From: Burkholderiales bacterium
GTDB lineage: Bacteria > Pseudomonadota > Gammaproteobacteria > Burkholderiales > Burkholderiaceae_C
Assembly: GCA_038316205.1 (NCBI GenBank)
Contig: JBBQAI010000005.1
Coordinates: forward strand, 13,449 to 77,448
Direction: 5' to 3'
Length of the DNA stretch: 64,000 nucleotides
Of the stretch, positions 50,739-59,850 are shown one piece after another; within the stretch, counting starts at the first letter, position 1, and every line of letters starts with the position of its first letter. The position numbers were made by a program, and so were the translations under genes. The notes beneath the pieces were generated by a model. That model was not told the origin of the DNA. It searched no databases and saw only the letters and a list, made by a program, of their open reading frames with translations.

Positions 50739-50757
50739 CGTTCAAACCACACTGACC

Positions 50758-52104
50758 ATGCTGCCCATCTCCCCTGCACCGCAGCCGCTGGTTGCCGACA
50801 CGCTGCCCGCACCTTTCGGCCGCCGCAGCGCCGCCGTCGCGCTGCTGCTGTGCCTGGCCGTGGCCGCCTTTCATTTCGCCCACGGTGGTGCGCTGATCCA
50901 CACCGTGCTCTTGCAATCCTTCAATTGGGTTTTCGACTACGACGCATCGCGCTTTCTGGGTGGTTGGTGCACGCTAGGTGCTGATGTGACGCAGGACGTG
51001 GACCTGTCCTTTCTGGGCCGCCACGCCCTGAGCCTGGCCACCCGCCCGTTGTGCCTGGCGCTGCTGCCGGTGGCGGGCACACCGGCGCTGGCGCTGATGG
51101 CACTGACAGCCCTGTGCGCAGGCGTGGCAACCGCCCTGGCCTATGCGCTGGCAGCGGTGTGGTGCGCCACTGAAACCGACCGTGTGCTGCTGGCGCTGGG
51201 TTACGCCACGTCCATCCACCCGCTGTTGTTGGGTGTCATCCCAGAGACCTTTGGCTTTGCCTTGTGCGGCATCGGGCTGCACTTTGTGTGGCTGGCACAG
51301 CGCGGCGGGCAGCCGTTGACCTCAGGCCCCCGCGCCGCCGCGTCACTGTTTCTCAACCTGGGCTTCACCGTCACCAATGCGGGCTTGAACCTCGTCTCGT
51401 CGGCGGTGATGTCGTGGCAGCGCATGCCTTGGCGGCGCTGGCTGGCCCTGGAAGCGCGCACCTGGCTGCTGGCTTGCGCGGCCATGGCAGCCGTGGTGGT
51501 GGCCAGCGCGGCGATCTACGCACCGCAGTTGCTGGCGGCTGCGGGTTCAACGCCACAGCATGTCTGGTGGACCATCAACATGGCGCGCGGCGAGACCGCC
51601 AGCCTGGCGATGGTGGTCTGCACCTTTGTGCTGTACAGCTTTGTTGCGCCGGCCCTGAGCACCGTGCAACTGGCGGCACCCGACTCGCACCCGATGCTGG
51701 ATTTCCGCAGCTTCCAGTTCAGTGCCATCGGGGGCACGGCACTGGCGCTGTGGACGCTGGCGATGGTGCTCAGCGTGGCCTGGGCCTGGCGGGTCCAAAG
51801 CCTGCGGCGGCTGCTGCTCGTGGTCGGCATCTGGCTGCTGATCAACATCGCCCTGCATGCCTCGTGGCAGTACCGGGGTAGCGTCTTCATCTACGGGCCG
51901 CACACCAGCTTTGCTTTGTTCGCGGTGCTGGCGATGGGCTACGGTTGCGCGCTTCGGCGTTACGCCGCCGTGCGCGTGCGGGCTTATGCCGCCGTGCTGG
52001 TGCTGCTGACGGCGGCCAACAACCTCGGCTTGTACCGCGAAATGGGAGACTTCTTGCGGCAGCAGCCGGGCGCTGTAAGCGCCGCGCCCTTCGCGCCGCG
52101 CTAG
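50758..52104 (+). CDS. Polytopic membrane protein, putative GT-C-fold glycosyltransferase
   Basis: About 10-11 hydrophobic segments; FDYD (DxD) in the loop after TM1; RH and IPETF motifs; sits in a glycan locus. Confidence 0.55.
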   Translation: MLPISPAPQPLVADTLPAPFGRRSAAVALLLCLAVAAFHFAHGGALIHTVLLQSFNWVFDYDASRFLGGWCTLGADVTQDVDLSFLGRHALSLATRPLCLALLPVAGTPALALMALTALCAGVATALAYALAAVWCATETDRVLLALGYATSIHPLLLGVIPETFGFALCGIGLHFVWLAQRGGQPLTSGPRAAASLFLNLGFTVTNAGLNLVSSAVMSWQRMPWRRWLALEARTWLLACAAMAAVVVASAAIYAPQLLAAAGSTPQHVWWTINMARGETASLAMVVCTFVLYSFVAPALSTVQLAAPDSHPMLDFRSFQFSAIGGTALALWTLAMVLSVAWAWRVQSLRRLLLVVGIWLLINIALHASWQYRGSVFIYGPHTSFALFAVLAMGYGCALRRYAAVRVRAYAAVLVLLTAANNLGLYREMGDFLRQQPGAVSAAPFAPR

Positions 52105-52148
52105 CACTTGCAACCGCGCTCGCCCGCCCGCCCGCCGAACACCCGCAC

Positions 52149-53238
52149 ATGCAAGAAATCAAGAGCCTGACCTCTTTGCGCGGCATCGCCGCGATGGCCG
52201 TGGTGCTGCAGCATTTTTCGGTCACGGCGCAACGGCTGTGCGACAGCACCATCCCTTCGCTGGTGCCGCATGGCTACATGGCCGTCGACTTCTTCTTCGT
52301 GCTCAGCGGCTACATCATGTGCTACACGTATTTGCAGGCCTTTCAGCAGCAAGGCTGGCAGGCCTACAAGCCGTTTTTGCAAAAGCGCGCCATCCGCTTG
52401 TTGCCGCTGCAGATTTTTTGTGGTGACGGTGGTGCTGCTGCTGGCCTGGGCCAGCACGCGCTGGGCGGGCCACAACCTGTTCTTCGCGGCTGACCGCACG
52501 GCAGCCGATGTGCTGGCGAACTATTTGATGCTGCAAGGCATCATCACCGGCACCAACATCAACGGCCCTTCATGGTCGGTGAGCGTTGAATTCGTCGCCT
52601 ACTTCAGCTTTCCACTGCTGATCCACGGGGCCTTCAGCAAGCGGCGCTGGGTCACGGGCGCCACCGCAGCCGTCGCGCTGGCGGGCCTGCTGGCGCTGGC
52701 GCTGACCCAGCCGCGCCTTGGCCTGGGCACCGAGATACCGCCCGACGGCTTGATCCGCTGCATGACCGAATTCACGCTGGGCATGCTGAGCTTTCGGGCC
52801 TTGCAACACCCGGGCTTTGCCGCCTGGATAGCGCGCGACCGCATCACGGCAGCGGTGCTGTTGCTGTGCCCCGTGCTGGCGCTGCTTCGCATCGACCTGC
52901 TGACCGCCTTGAGCTTCCCGTTGGTGGTGGCCGCCGCCGCCAGCAACAGGGGCCGCGCCACGGCCTGGCTCCAGCACCCCGCCCTGCACCTGCTGGGCGT
53001 GATCTCGTACTCGCTGTACCTGATCCACTACCTGTTCTGCATCGGCCTGCCTGTGCCGCTGCAGTACTGGCACCCGGCCCCATTGACGGCCCCGCAAGCC
53101 ATGCTGGCGGCGTTGCTCGGCACACTGATCGTGTTGCCCTTTGCCTGGCTGACTTACCGGGGTGTCGAGCTGCCCGCTCGCGCCTGGCTGCTGCGGCGTT
53201 TGCACGCGCAGCAAGCCGCGCGAGCGGCGGCGGTGTGA
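52149..53238 (+). pseudogene. Acyltransferase family 3, split by a 1-nt frameshift in a T6 run at 52414-52419
   Basis: 5' frame: SLTSLRGIAA..H, VDFFFVLSGY, KRAIRLLP. 3' frame: NGPSWSVSVE, LGVISYSLYLIH. Removing one T joins them as QIFVVTVVLL. Confidence 0.85.
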
Positions 53239-53261
53239 CTGCTGCCGCGTTGCCGTGAGCG

Positions 53262-54737
53262 TCAGCGAACCAGATAGGCCAGCACAAAGACCAAGGCCAT
53301 CGCCAGCACCGTGAGCCGGCTGCCGCGGTCGCGCAGCGCAAAGACGATGGGGTCGTCGTGCATCTCGCCACGGCCGGTTTTGATCCACAAACGGCCGAAC
53401 CAGTAAAACAGGCCCACCGCCACCAGCCACAACAGTTGCGGATGGGCAAACCGCGCGGCCGTCTCGGGCGTGGCCACGTACAGGCCGAAGACCACGATGG
53501 CGCAGATGCTGGCCGCAGCGCCAAAAGGCCACAGCACCACCAGATCGGCCACGCGGTAGTCGCGCCCGCGTGCGGCTTCCGCGCCGGTCTGCCGCAGGCT
53601 CACCAATTCGGCACAACGCTTGACCAGGGCCAGGCTGAAGAAGGTGAAGATGCTGAAGGCCAGCAACCACGGCGACACCAGGATGGCGGTGGCCACGGCC
53701 CCGGCCAGCACACGGTAGGTGTAAAGCAAGGCCAGCATCAGCACGTCGATTAACACATAGCTTTTCAGCCACCAGCTGTAGGCCGTGGTCAGCAGCACAT
53801 AACCCGCCAGCATGCCCACAGCAGGCCAGGAAACGGCAGCCGTCACGGCCAGCCCGGCAGCAATCAGCAGGCCCGCAGCCACCACGCCGTGCAGCACGCC
53901 GATGCGCCCGCTGGCGAAGGCCCGTTCGCGTTTGCGCGGGTGCAGGCGGTCGCTTTCCAGATCCCACAGGTCGTTCATCACATAGGTGCCTGAGGCCGCC
54001 AATGAAAAACCGATGAAAGTCAAAGTGGCGGCCAGCAGCTTGTCGCCCTGCGTGAAAGCGAATGCGGTGAACAGGGGGACGAAGAGCAGCAAATTCTTGA
54101 TCCACTGGTGGGCGCGTATGGCCTTCAGCCACAGGCGCCAGCCGGCCGCGTTGCTGCGTGTGAATTCGGCCTCGATCGGCACCTGGGCCGACACCTGTGT
54201 GCGCAAGCTCGGTGACACGCCGGCGATGACGGCCGCTGCGCTGGCACGCCAGATCGGCAGGTCGGCCGCGCAGTCGCCAGCGTAGACGAAACGCGGGCCG
54301 ACGGCCGCCTGGATGGCGGCCAACTTGTTGGCACCCTTGAGATTGCGCTGGCCGTCAGTCGCCAGCACCAGATCAAACAGTTGCAGATGCACCGCCACGG
54401 CGTCGGCAATGCTGCGCGGGGCAGCAGTAGCCAGCACCACCTCGCGGCCAGCTGCGCGCTGCGCGCGGGCCCAATCGACCAGGTCTTGCCGCCAGGGCAG
54501 CGTGGCCACGTTCAAGCTCACCCGCTCGGCGGTGCGCCGCTTCAAAACCAAGGCCCCTTGCAGCGCCCAGAACAGCACGCGAAAAATGTTCAGCGGGTTG
54601 CGTTTGAGCAGCACCAGCACCGATTCAAATAGCGTGTCGGTGAACGTCAAGGTGCCGTCAAGGTCCAGCACCAACGGGGGCAATGGCTGAGCCTGTTCAG
54701 ACCGCTGGGCGGACATTTCACTCGTCGGGCTGTTCAT
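53262..54737 (-). CDS. HAD-like phosphatase + UbiA prenyltransferase fusion (polyprenyl-phosphate phosphoribosyltransferase-like)
   Basis: DLDGTL and GDCAAD HAD motifs; RAHQWIKN, NDLWDLESDRLHPRKRER, KRCAEL, MHDDP. Confidence 0.88.
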   Translation of the reverse strand: MNSPTSEMSAQRSEQAQPLPPLVLDLDGTLTFTDTLFESVLVLLKRNPLNIFRVLFWALQGALVLKRRTAERVSLNVATLPWRQDLVDWARAQRAAGREVVLATAAPRSIADAVAVHLQLFDLVLATDGQRNLKGANKLAAIQAAVGPRFVYAGDCAADLPIWRASAAAVIAGVSPSLRTQVSAQVPIEAEFTRSNAAGWRLWLKAIRAHQWIKNLLLFVPLFTAFAFTQGDKLLAATLTFIGFSLAASGTYVMNDLWDLESDRLHPRKRERAFASGRIGVLHGVVAAGLLIAAGLAVTAAVSWPAVGMLAGYVLLTTAYSWWLKSYVLIDVLMLALLYTYRVLAGAVATAILVSPWLLAFSIFTFFSLALVKRCAELVSLRQTGAEAARGRDYRVADLVVLWPFGAAASICAIVVFGLYVATPETAARFAHPQLLWLVAVGLFYWFGRLWIKTGRGEMHDDPIVFALRDRGSRLTVLAMALVFVLAYLVR

Positions 54738-54788
54738 GCGTTGCAGACTTTGTCGAACATTTGGGTTGTGGGGAAAGGCAAAGCGCTG

Positions 54789-55889
54789 TCAATTCGCATG
54801 GCCAGCCGGCGCACGTCTGCGAGCAAGCAGGCCGGCAACGGCGCGTTTCAGGACTGGCGCGAATTTTTTCTCGACACCTGCGTGCACCACCCAGGCCGCC
54901 AGAATCATCAGCGCCAGCACGCCCCAAAACAGTACATGGGGGCTGAGGGCGGGGTAACCCGCATTGAAAATCATGTAGCCGATGTTCTGGTGCAGCAAAT
55001 ACAGCGGGTAAGTCAATGCGCCCAGCAACTGCCAATCCCGACGGCCCAGGAACCCACTGCGCCGGAAACTGACCAGCAGCATGAGCCCAAAGAAAGCCGT
55101 GACCATGGCAAGCGCCACCGAAACATCCACAGCAGCGCCGTAATGGCGGGCCACGCCGGTTGCACGGCCCACCGATTGGTGCAGCGCCAGCAGCAGTGAA
55201 CCCGCCAGCAGCGCCCAGCGCTGCAAGCTAGGCCCCTGCGCATGCAGTGCATAACAAGTGGCGCCGGCAATGAAGTAGGCCGAATAGTCAGCAATCAAGA
55301 GCGAACTGACTCGCCACAAACCCGGCACCGGTGCCGGCAGCAACGCAGGCAAGAATTCCAGCGCAGCCGATAGCAGCAGCCACAACGCCAGCCAACGTTG
55401 CATTTGCTGGATTTTGCCAAGCAACAAAACGATCAGCACCAGGGCGTAGAACTTCAGTTCGACCACCAGCGACCAATAGACGCCGTCCACATGCTCCACG
55501 TTGAAAAAATCCTGCAGCATGGTCAGGTTGACCAAGTACTGGCCCAGGCCAACTTCAAAACGCGGTGCACCGATGGCCAGCGTGAGCAGAAACGTCAGCG
55601 TGCAGCAGGCCCAATACGCCGGATACAGCCTGACGATGCGTGACGTCAAAAAAGCCCGCCAGTCGCCATTCGAGGCCGTCATTGAAATGACGAAACCACT
55701 GATCATGAAGAACAGGTCAACACCCAGGTAGCCGTAACGGGCAATTGGCGCCAGCGCCGGGTAGGGCATGCTGGACATGTTGTTGGCCGCGTGGCCGCGA
55801 AACGCGTAATGGAACAGCACCACCATCAAGGCGGCGCTGAACCTCAGCAGGTCTATCTCATGGACTCTGGCGTTTCTGTAGGAAGCCAT
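54789..55889 (-). CDS. Acyltransferase family 3 (OafA-like)
   Basis: IDLLRFSAALMVVLFH, GVDLFFMISGFVI, RIVRLYPAY, YWSLVVELKFY, TYPLYLLH. Confidence 0.92.
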   Translation of the reverse strand: MASYRNARVHEIDLLRFSAALMVVLFHYAFRGHAANNMSSMPYPALAPIARYGYLGVDLFFMISGFVISMTASNGDWRAFLTSRIVRLYPAYWACCTLTFLLTLAIGAPRFEVGLGQYLVNLTMLQDFFNVEHVDGVYWSLVVELKFYALVLIVLLLGKIQQMQRWLALWLLLSAALEFLPALLPAPVPGLWRVSSLLIADYSAYFIAGATCYALHAQGPSLQRWALLAGSLLLALHQSVGRATGVARHYGAAVDVSVALAMVTAFFGLMLLVSFRRSGFLGRRDWQLLGALTYPLYLLHQNIGYMIFNAGYPALSPHVLFWGVLALMILAAWVVHAGVEKKFAPVLKRAVAGLLARRRAPAGHAN

Positions 55890-56191
55890 GCGGGCGTGGC
55901 GGACGACACAAGTCGGGTCGCAGCTAGTTTTGCACAGCCCGGTAGGCAGACCCCAGACACCGACGGTGAACAAGTCACGCCAGCCGTGCGCCTGGCGCCA
56001 ATTGCTCTGGCCTGCAACGGGCTGACACAACTGACGCAGACGGACGCAGGTATGCGCCTTAAGCGCCAACAAACTCAGCCGAAGAAACCATTTGCCGTTG
56101 AACGCGCGGCACCACCTCGGCATCACCGCACTACGGCTTCGACCTGCCTGCGGTCATGCGTGAAACACACTCTCGAACAGGCCCAGCATCC

Positions 56192-58372
56192 ATGAACCCC
56201 GAACAGCTTTCACGCCGACGCTTCGTCAACGCCACAGCCCTTGCGCTCAGCACCGTGGGCCTGCCAGCCTGTGGAGGTGGCGGCAGCGGCACTGGTACGC
56301 CGGAGGCCGTAGCCGACAACCCGACCAAAAATGTGCCGACCAACGTCGCCGCGCCCCCGGTGCCCCCCGCACCGACGGTGGTGGTCACGCGGTTGAGCGT
56401 GCATTCGTCCGCCGACGGCAGTCGCAACTACGCCAGTTCGGTCTTTCCGCTGGAAGGCCAAGTCCCTGCCGGTCAGACCCTGGTTTCTCCTGACGACGCC
56501 ACCGCGGTCTGCAGCGTGCTGTCGCACTGGAACGACGGCTCAGCGGCCGTGATGGTGGTGGCTGGCACCACCGCGGCGGCCAAGGGCGAAACTGCCGTGG
56601 TGCGTTTGCAATTGGGCACGCCGGTCACTGCGCTGCCGGTTCTAACGGCGGCCAGCGTCGGCAAGTCCGTTAATGCGGTCAAAGTTGATTTCGGCGTTTT
56701 GGGTGTGGCGCAATTGACTGATTTCTCATCGCCCGAGCGTATTTGGTGGGCGAATGCAAAAGTCATCTGTGCGCGCTACCGGCTGCGCGCACCGGGCCAC
56801 TCCACGCTGGAGGCGCTGGTGGACATTCACGCCTACGCGGGCGGCCGGGCGTTGGTTGAAATCGTTGTCGAGAACGCCCGCATGGTCACGGCTGCGCCCG
56901 TCAAACCTGCCGACGCCGCCTATGACGGTGTGGCCTATGTCAACGGCGTGGCGGCTGGTTCTGCCCGCAGCAGCGAGGCACCGGAAGGCACCCACACCGC
57001 TTTCCGCGCCTGGTACGCCAGCGCCTGGGTTGGCGGCGACCCTGGCTTGTTCACCACGCAATTGCACACCGATCTGCAAAAGCACCCGGTACTGTTCAGG
57101 GTGGACCAACCCGGCGGTGACATGTCAGAGTACGCCGCCGACACTTATGTGCCGTGGACGGCAGCGCGCATGCGGGCCGTCTACATGGGCGGCGCCGGCG
57201 ACCACCCCGAAATCGGCCCGATCACTCTGTGGGACGCGCACTTCCTGCAATCGGGCAGCCCCCTGGCAGCGCGCGCGGTGGAAACCAATGCCCTGGCCGT
57301 GCTGAGTTACAACGTGAGCTACCGCGACACCAATACCGGGCTGGTGCCGGACGCGGCGCAATTGGTCGGCTACGACCAGCAGTCGAATTGGCCGAAGACA
57401 ACCAATCCCACTGACTTGCGAACGTGGGAGGTGGCTCACCACCCAGCCGCCGGCTTGCTGGCATTCGCATGCCGGCCGTCACCGATTTACATCGAAGTGG
57501 CGCAACGCATCGTGGTGTGGAATTCGACCTGGTCAGCGGGCGGGATGGGTTCACCCAACATGTCGTATTGGACGGATACAGGAATCACCGACAGCACCGG
57601 GGTCTACGGCTATTTTTACCAGCCTCGCGGCCGCGCTTGGTGCCTGCGCAGCCTTGTGCATGCTACCTTCCTGTCGCCCGATGGTTCATGGCGAGAAGGT
57701 GGCAAACGGTGGCTCAACCTCAATCGGATTTACTGGCAGGCGTGGATGAAAAAGCAGCCTGCTATTGCACTTGGTGTGCCCTGGGCGGTTGGACCGAACA
57801 ACCTCGATGGTCTTCCGGCCAACAACTGGCAATGGCCCTCTTGGCAGACCCATTTCCTGATTCCAGAGCTGCACAAAGCGGCAGCGGTCAAGCTGCTGCA
57901 AGGTGTCGAACAAACAGCGCTTGAAACGGTTGCTGACTGGGTCGCGTCTTTTCCTGTGCGGTGGGTGAACGAGCAACCCAATGGCGGCTGGCGCTACATC
58001 CCCTACCAGCAACTGTTTCCGACCGACAGCAGCGGCAAGCTGCCAACAAATTGGGCTGATTGCATGGCCAAACTGGTGTCTGCACCGCCGCCCTCGGTAG
58101 CTGGAACCTGGTTCATGCGCGACGGCGACAGTGCCGACTATGTGCATTTCTTTGGTGAAGGTGTGGCCGGCGGCGGCAGCACGGGCTACTACTACATCTC
58201 GGCCTGGTGGGCTGCATTTGCCGCTGCGGTCGAACGCGGTATCCCAGGCTCAGAAGCCGCCTGGAATACCGTGAACGCCAATCTCACCAACCTGGAAACC
58301 TGGCGCAAGGGATTTGGCGCAAATCCCCGATTCGGTGCCGCGCCCCGCAGGGTGGGCGGCAAGGCCATATGA
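56192..58372 (+). CDS. Tat-exported putative lipoprotein of unknown function (726 aa, Trp/Tyr-rich)
   Basis: SRRRFV twin-arginine motif, LPAC-GGGG lipobox-like site, Pro/Thr linker; W-x-DGS and QPRGRAWCLR motifs. Confidence 0.75.
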   Translation: MNPEQLSRRRFVNATALALSTVGLPACGGGGSGTGTPEAVADNPTKNVPTNVAAPPVPPAPTVVVTRLSVHSSADGSRNYASSVFPLEGQVPAGQTLVSPDDATAVCSVLSHWNDGSAAVMVVAGTTAAAKGETAVVRLQLGTPVTALPVLTAASVGKSVNAVKVDFGVLGVAQLTDFSSPERIWWANAKVICARYRLRAPGHSTLEALVDIHAYAGGRALVEIVVENARMVTAAPVKPADAAYDGVAYVNGVAAGSARSSEAPEGTHTAFRAWYASAWVGGDPGLFTTQLHTDLQKHPVLFRVDQPGGDMSEYAADTYVPWTAARMRAVYMGGAGDHPEIGPITLWDAHFLQSGSPLAARAVETNALAVLSYNVSYRDTNTGLVPDAAQLVGYDQQSNWPKTTNPTDLRTWEVAHHPAAGLLAFACRPSPIYIEVAQRIVVWNSTWSAGGMGSPNMSYWTDTGITDSTGVYGYFYQPRGRAWCLRSLVHATFLSPDGSWREGGKRWLNLNRIYWQAWMKKQPAIALGVPWAVGPNNLDGLPANNWQWPSWQTHFLIPELHKAAAVKLLQGVEQTALETVADWVASFPVRWVNEQPNGGWRYIPYQQLFPTDSSGKLPTNWADCMAKLVSAPPPSVAGTWFMRDGDSADYVHFFGEGVAGGGSTGYYYISAWWAAFAAAVERGIPGSEAAWNTVNANLTNLETWRKGFGANPRFGAAPRRVGGKAI

Positions 58373-58480
58373 AGCAGTGCGGGGCGCTGACGCCGCTTAG
58401 GCGGCCGCCAAGGCACTGAACGGCGCGATCGTGCTTGCGGCAGCCTGAGGCGCTTCACCTAAAACTGGCGAACGAATGCC

Positions 58481-58930
58481 TCAGCGGTGCACGGTTGGCT
58501 CGCGCGGCCCAAACACCCACCGCGCCATGATGACGTAGGACAACAGTGCCATCGGAACGGTCAAGATGGCCTGTGCGACGATCGGATTGGGAACCCACAG
58601 CCCCAACCACCGAATCAATGCCCAGTTGACCAGGTAGATCACCAGGTAGGCGCTGGCAAAACGAGGAAATCGGTTGAGCAGCCGGCTCCGGAAGGCATAG
58701 GCGCCTGTGGTCAGGAAATTGAAAGCGACGCCGGTGACGTTGGCGATCAACAGGGCAGCCCAAACGGGGACGCCAATGAGGATGGATGCGCTATAAACCG
58801 AGAGGCCGAAAGCCGTATTCAGGCCACCCGCAAACAAGAAGCGCAGGAAGCGCAGGCTGCCCGAATCTTCATCGGGTGCAAGCGATTCTGGCTTCAGTTC
58901 CACGGCAACCTCATCGTGGCGCACGGGCAA
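58481..58930 (-). CDS. GtrA-family polyprenyl-phosphate-sugar flippase (start uncertain)
   Basis: RFLFAGGLNT, 4 TM segments, NF....YAF, SY....WVF. Confidence 0.87.
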   Translation of the reverse strand: MPVRHDEVAVELKPESLAPDEDSGSLRFLRFLFAGGLNTAFGLSVYSASILIGVPVWAALLIANVTGVAFNFLTTGAYAFRSRLLNRFPRFASAYLVIYLVNWALIRWLGLWVPNPIVAQAILTVPMALLSYVIMARWVFGPREPTVHR

Positions 58931-58940
58931 AAAACCTCAT

Positions 58941-59849
58941 TCACGCTCGACGAAACCCAGCGGTAATGATGTTTCCGACATTGAAGCCCAATTTCATGCG
59001 GGTCAGTCCAGTGGCCGCTGCCATTCGCTGGACAATGGACTTGAGAGCGCTGGGCAGCGGCAATAAGCGCAGCCAGTAGCCAAGTGCATAGCTGTTCACG
59101 AACGCCTGCACCTGAACGTCTTCAAATCCACGACTTTCAAAGAGACGTTTGGCACTGGCAGAAGAAAAAAGTTGCAGGTGTTCAACGTCAATGATCGGCG
59201 ACCGCCGACCGAGTATGCGATTGACTCGGCTTCGGTAATCATGAGTTACTGTGACGAACGCCCCACCGGGCCGCAGCAATCGCATGGCGGAATCTGCAAG
59301 CTGTCCAGGGTCAAGCACGTGCTCCATAGTCATAAAACAACAGATCAGATCGAAGGAGGCCGGCTCGAATTCCGATTCGACAAAGATGCTCTCGCGGATC
59401 CAGGCTTGTCGGTGTTCAGGGGCCGCCACGATAGCCGCACGCGATGGCTCAACACCGACCAAGGTTTGAAATCCTGCTCGTTTCAAATGTTCGAGAAAGA
59501 CTCCGGTACCGGTGCCAATCTCGAGGACACTGCCGCGCGATTTAAGTTTTGCCAGGGTCGAACCTATTGCGTAAATGTAGGCCCGAGCAGCGTCGTCGGC
59601 CTCCTCGGAACTGTCGTACTCGGCTTGGTGGTATGCGTGAGCCAACTCATCTTGGCGAGGCGGGGTATCGACGTAGACTAACTCGCAACCCGGGCAGCAC
59701 ACCATTCGATGACTCATGTACTCCGGGTCCTTGCGCGAGGCAAAGCTGAATCCAGTTAGCTTTCGGGGGTCGATGGTCCGCTCCACGAATACCGATGCAC
59801 CTCGAGGAGGCGTGCCGCAAACAGGGCAATTACGTGTTTCATTCGTCAT
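58941..59849 (-). CDS. Class I SAM-dependent methyltransferase with N-terminal zinc ribbon
   Basis: CPVC...CPGC; VLEIGTGTG; GVEPS; MEHVLDP; LRPGG. Confidence 0.87.
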   Translation of the reverse strand: MTNETRNCPVCGTPPRGASVFVERTIDPRKLTGFSFASRKDPEYMSHRMVCCPGCELVYVDTPPRQDELAHAYHQAEYDSSEEADDAARAYIYAIGSTLAKLKSRGSVLEIGTGTGVFLEHLKRAGFQTLVGVEPSRAAIVAAPEHRQAWIRESIFVESEFEPASFDLICCFMTMEHVLDPGQLADSAMRLLRPGGAFVTVTHDYRSRVNRILGRRSPIIDVEHLQLFSSASAKRLFESRGFEDVQVQAFVNSYALGYWLRLLPLPSALKSIVQRMAAATGLTRMKLGFNVGNIITAGFRRA

Positions 59850-59850
59850 C

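Noticed and set aside
53262-54737. Calling this ubiquinone-pathway ubiA
   Set aside because: The HAD fusion, RxHQWxKN/HPxK motifs and glycan-locus context fit the phosphoribosyltransferase branch.
56003-56016. TGGCGCCAATTGCT as a sigma-54 promoter
   Set aside because: GG-to-GC spacing is N8, not the required N10.
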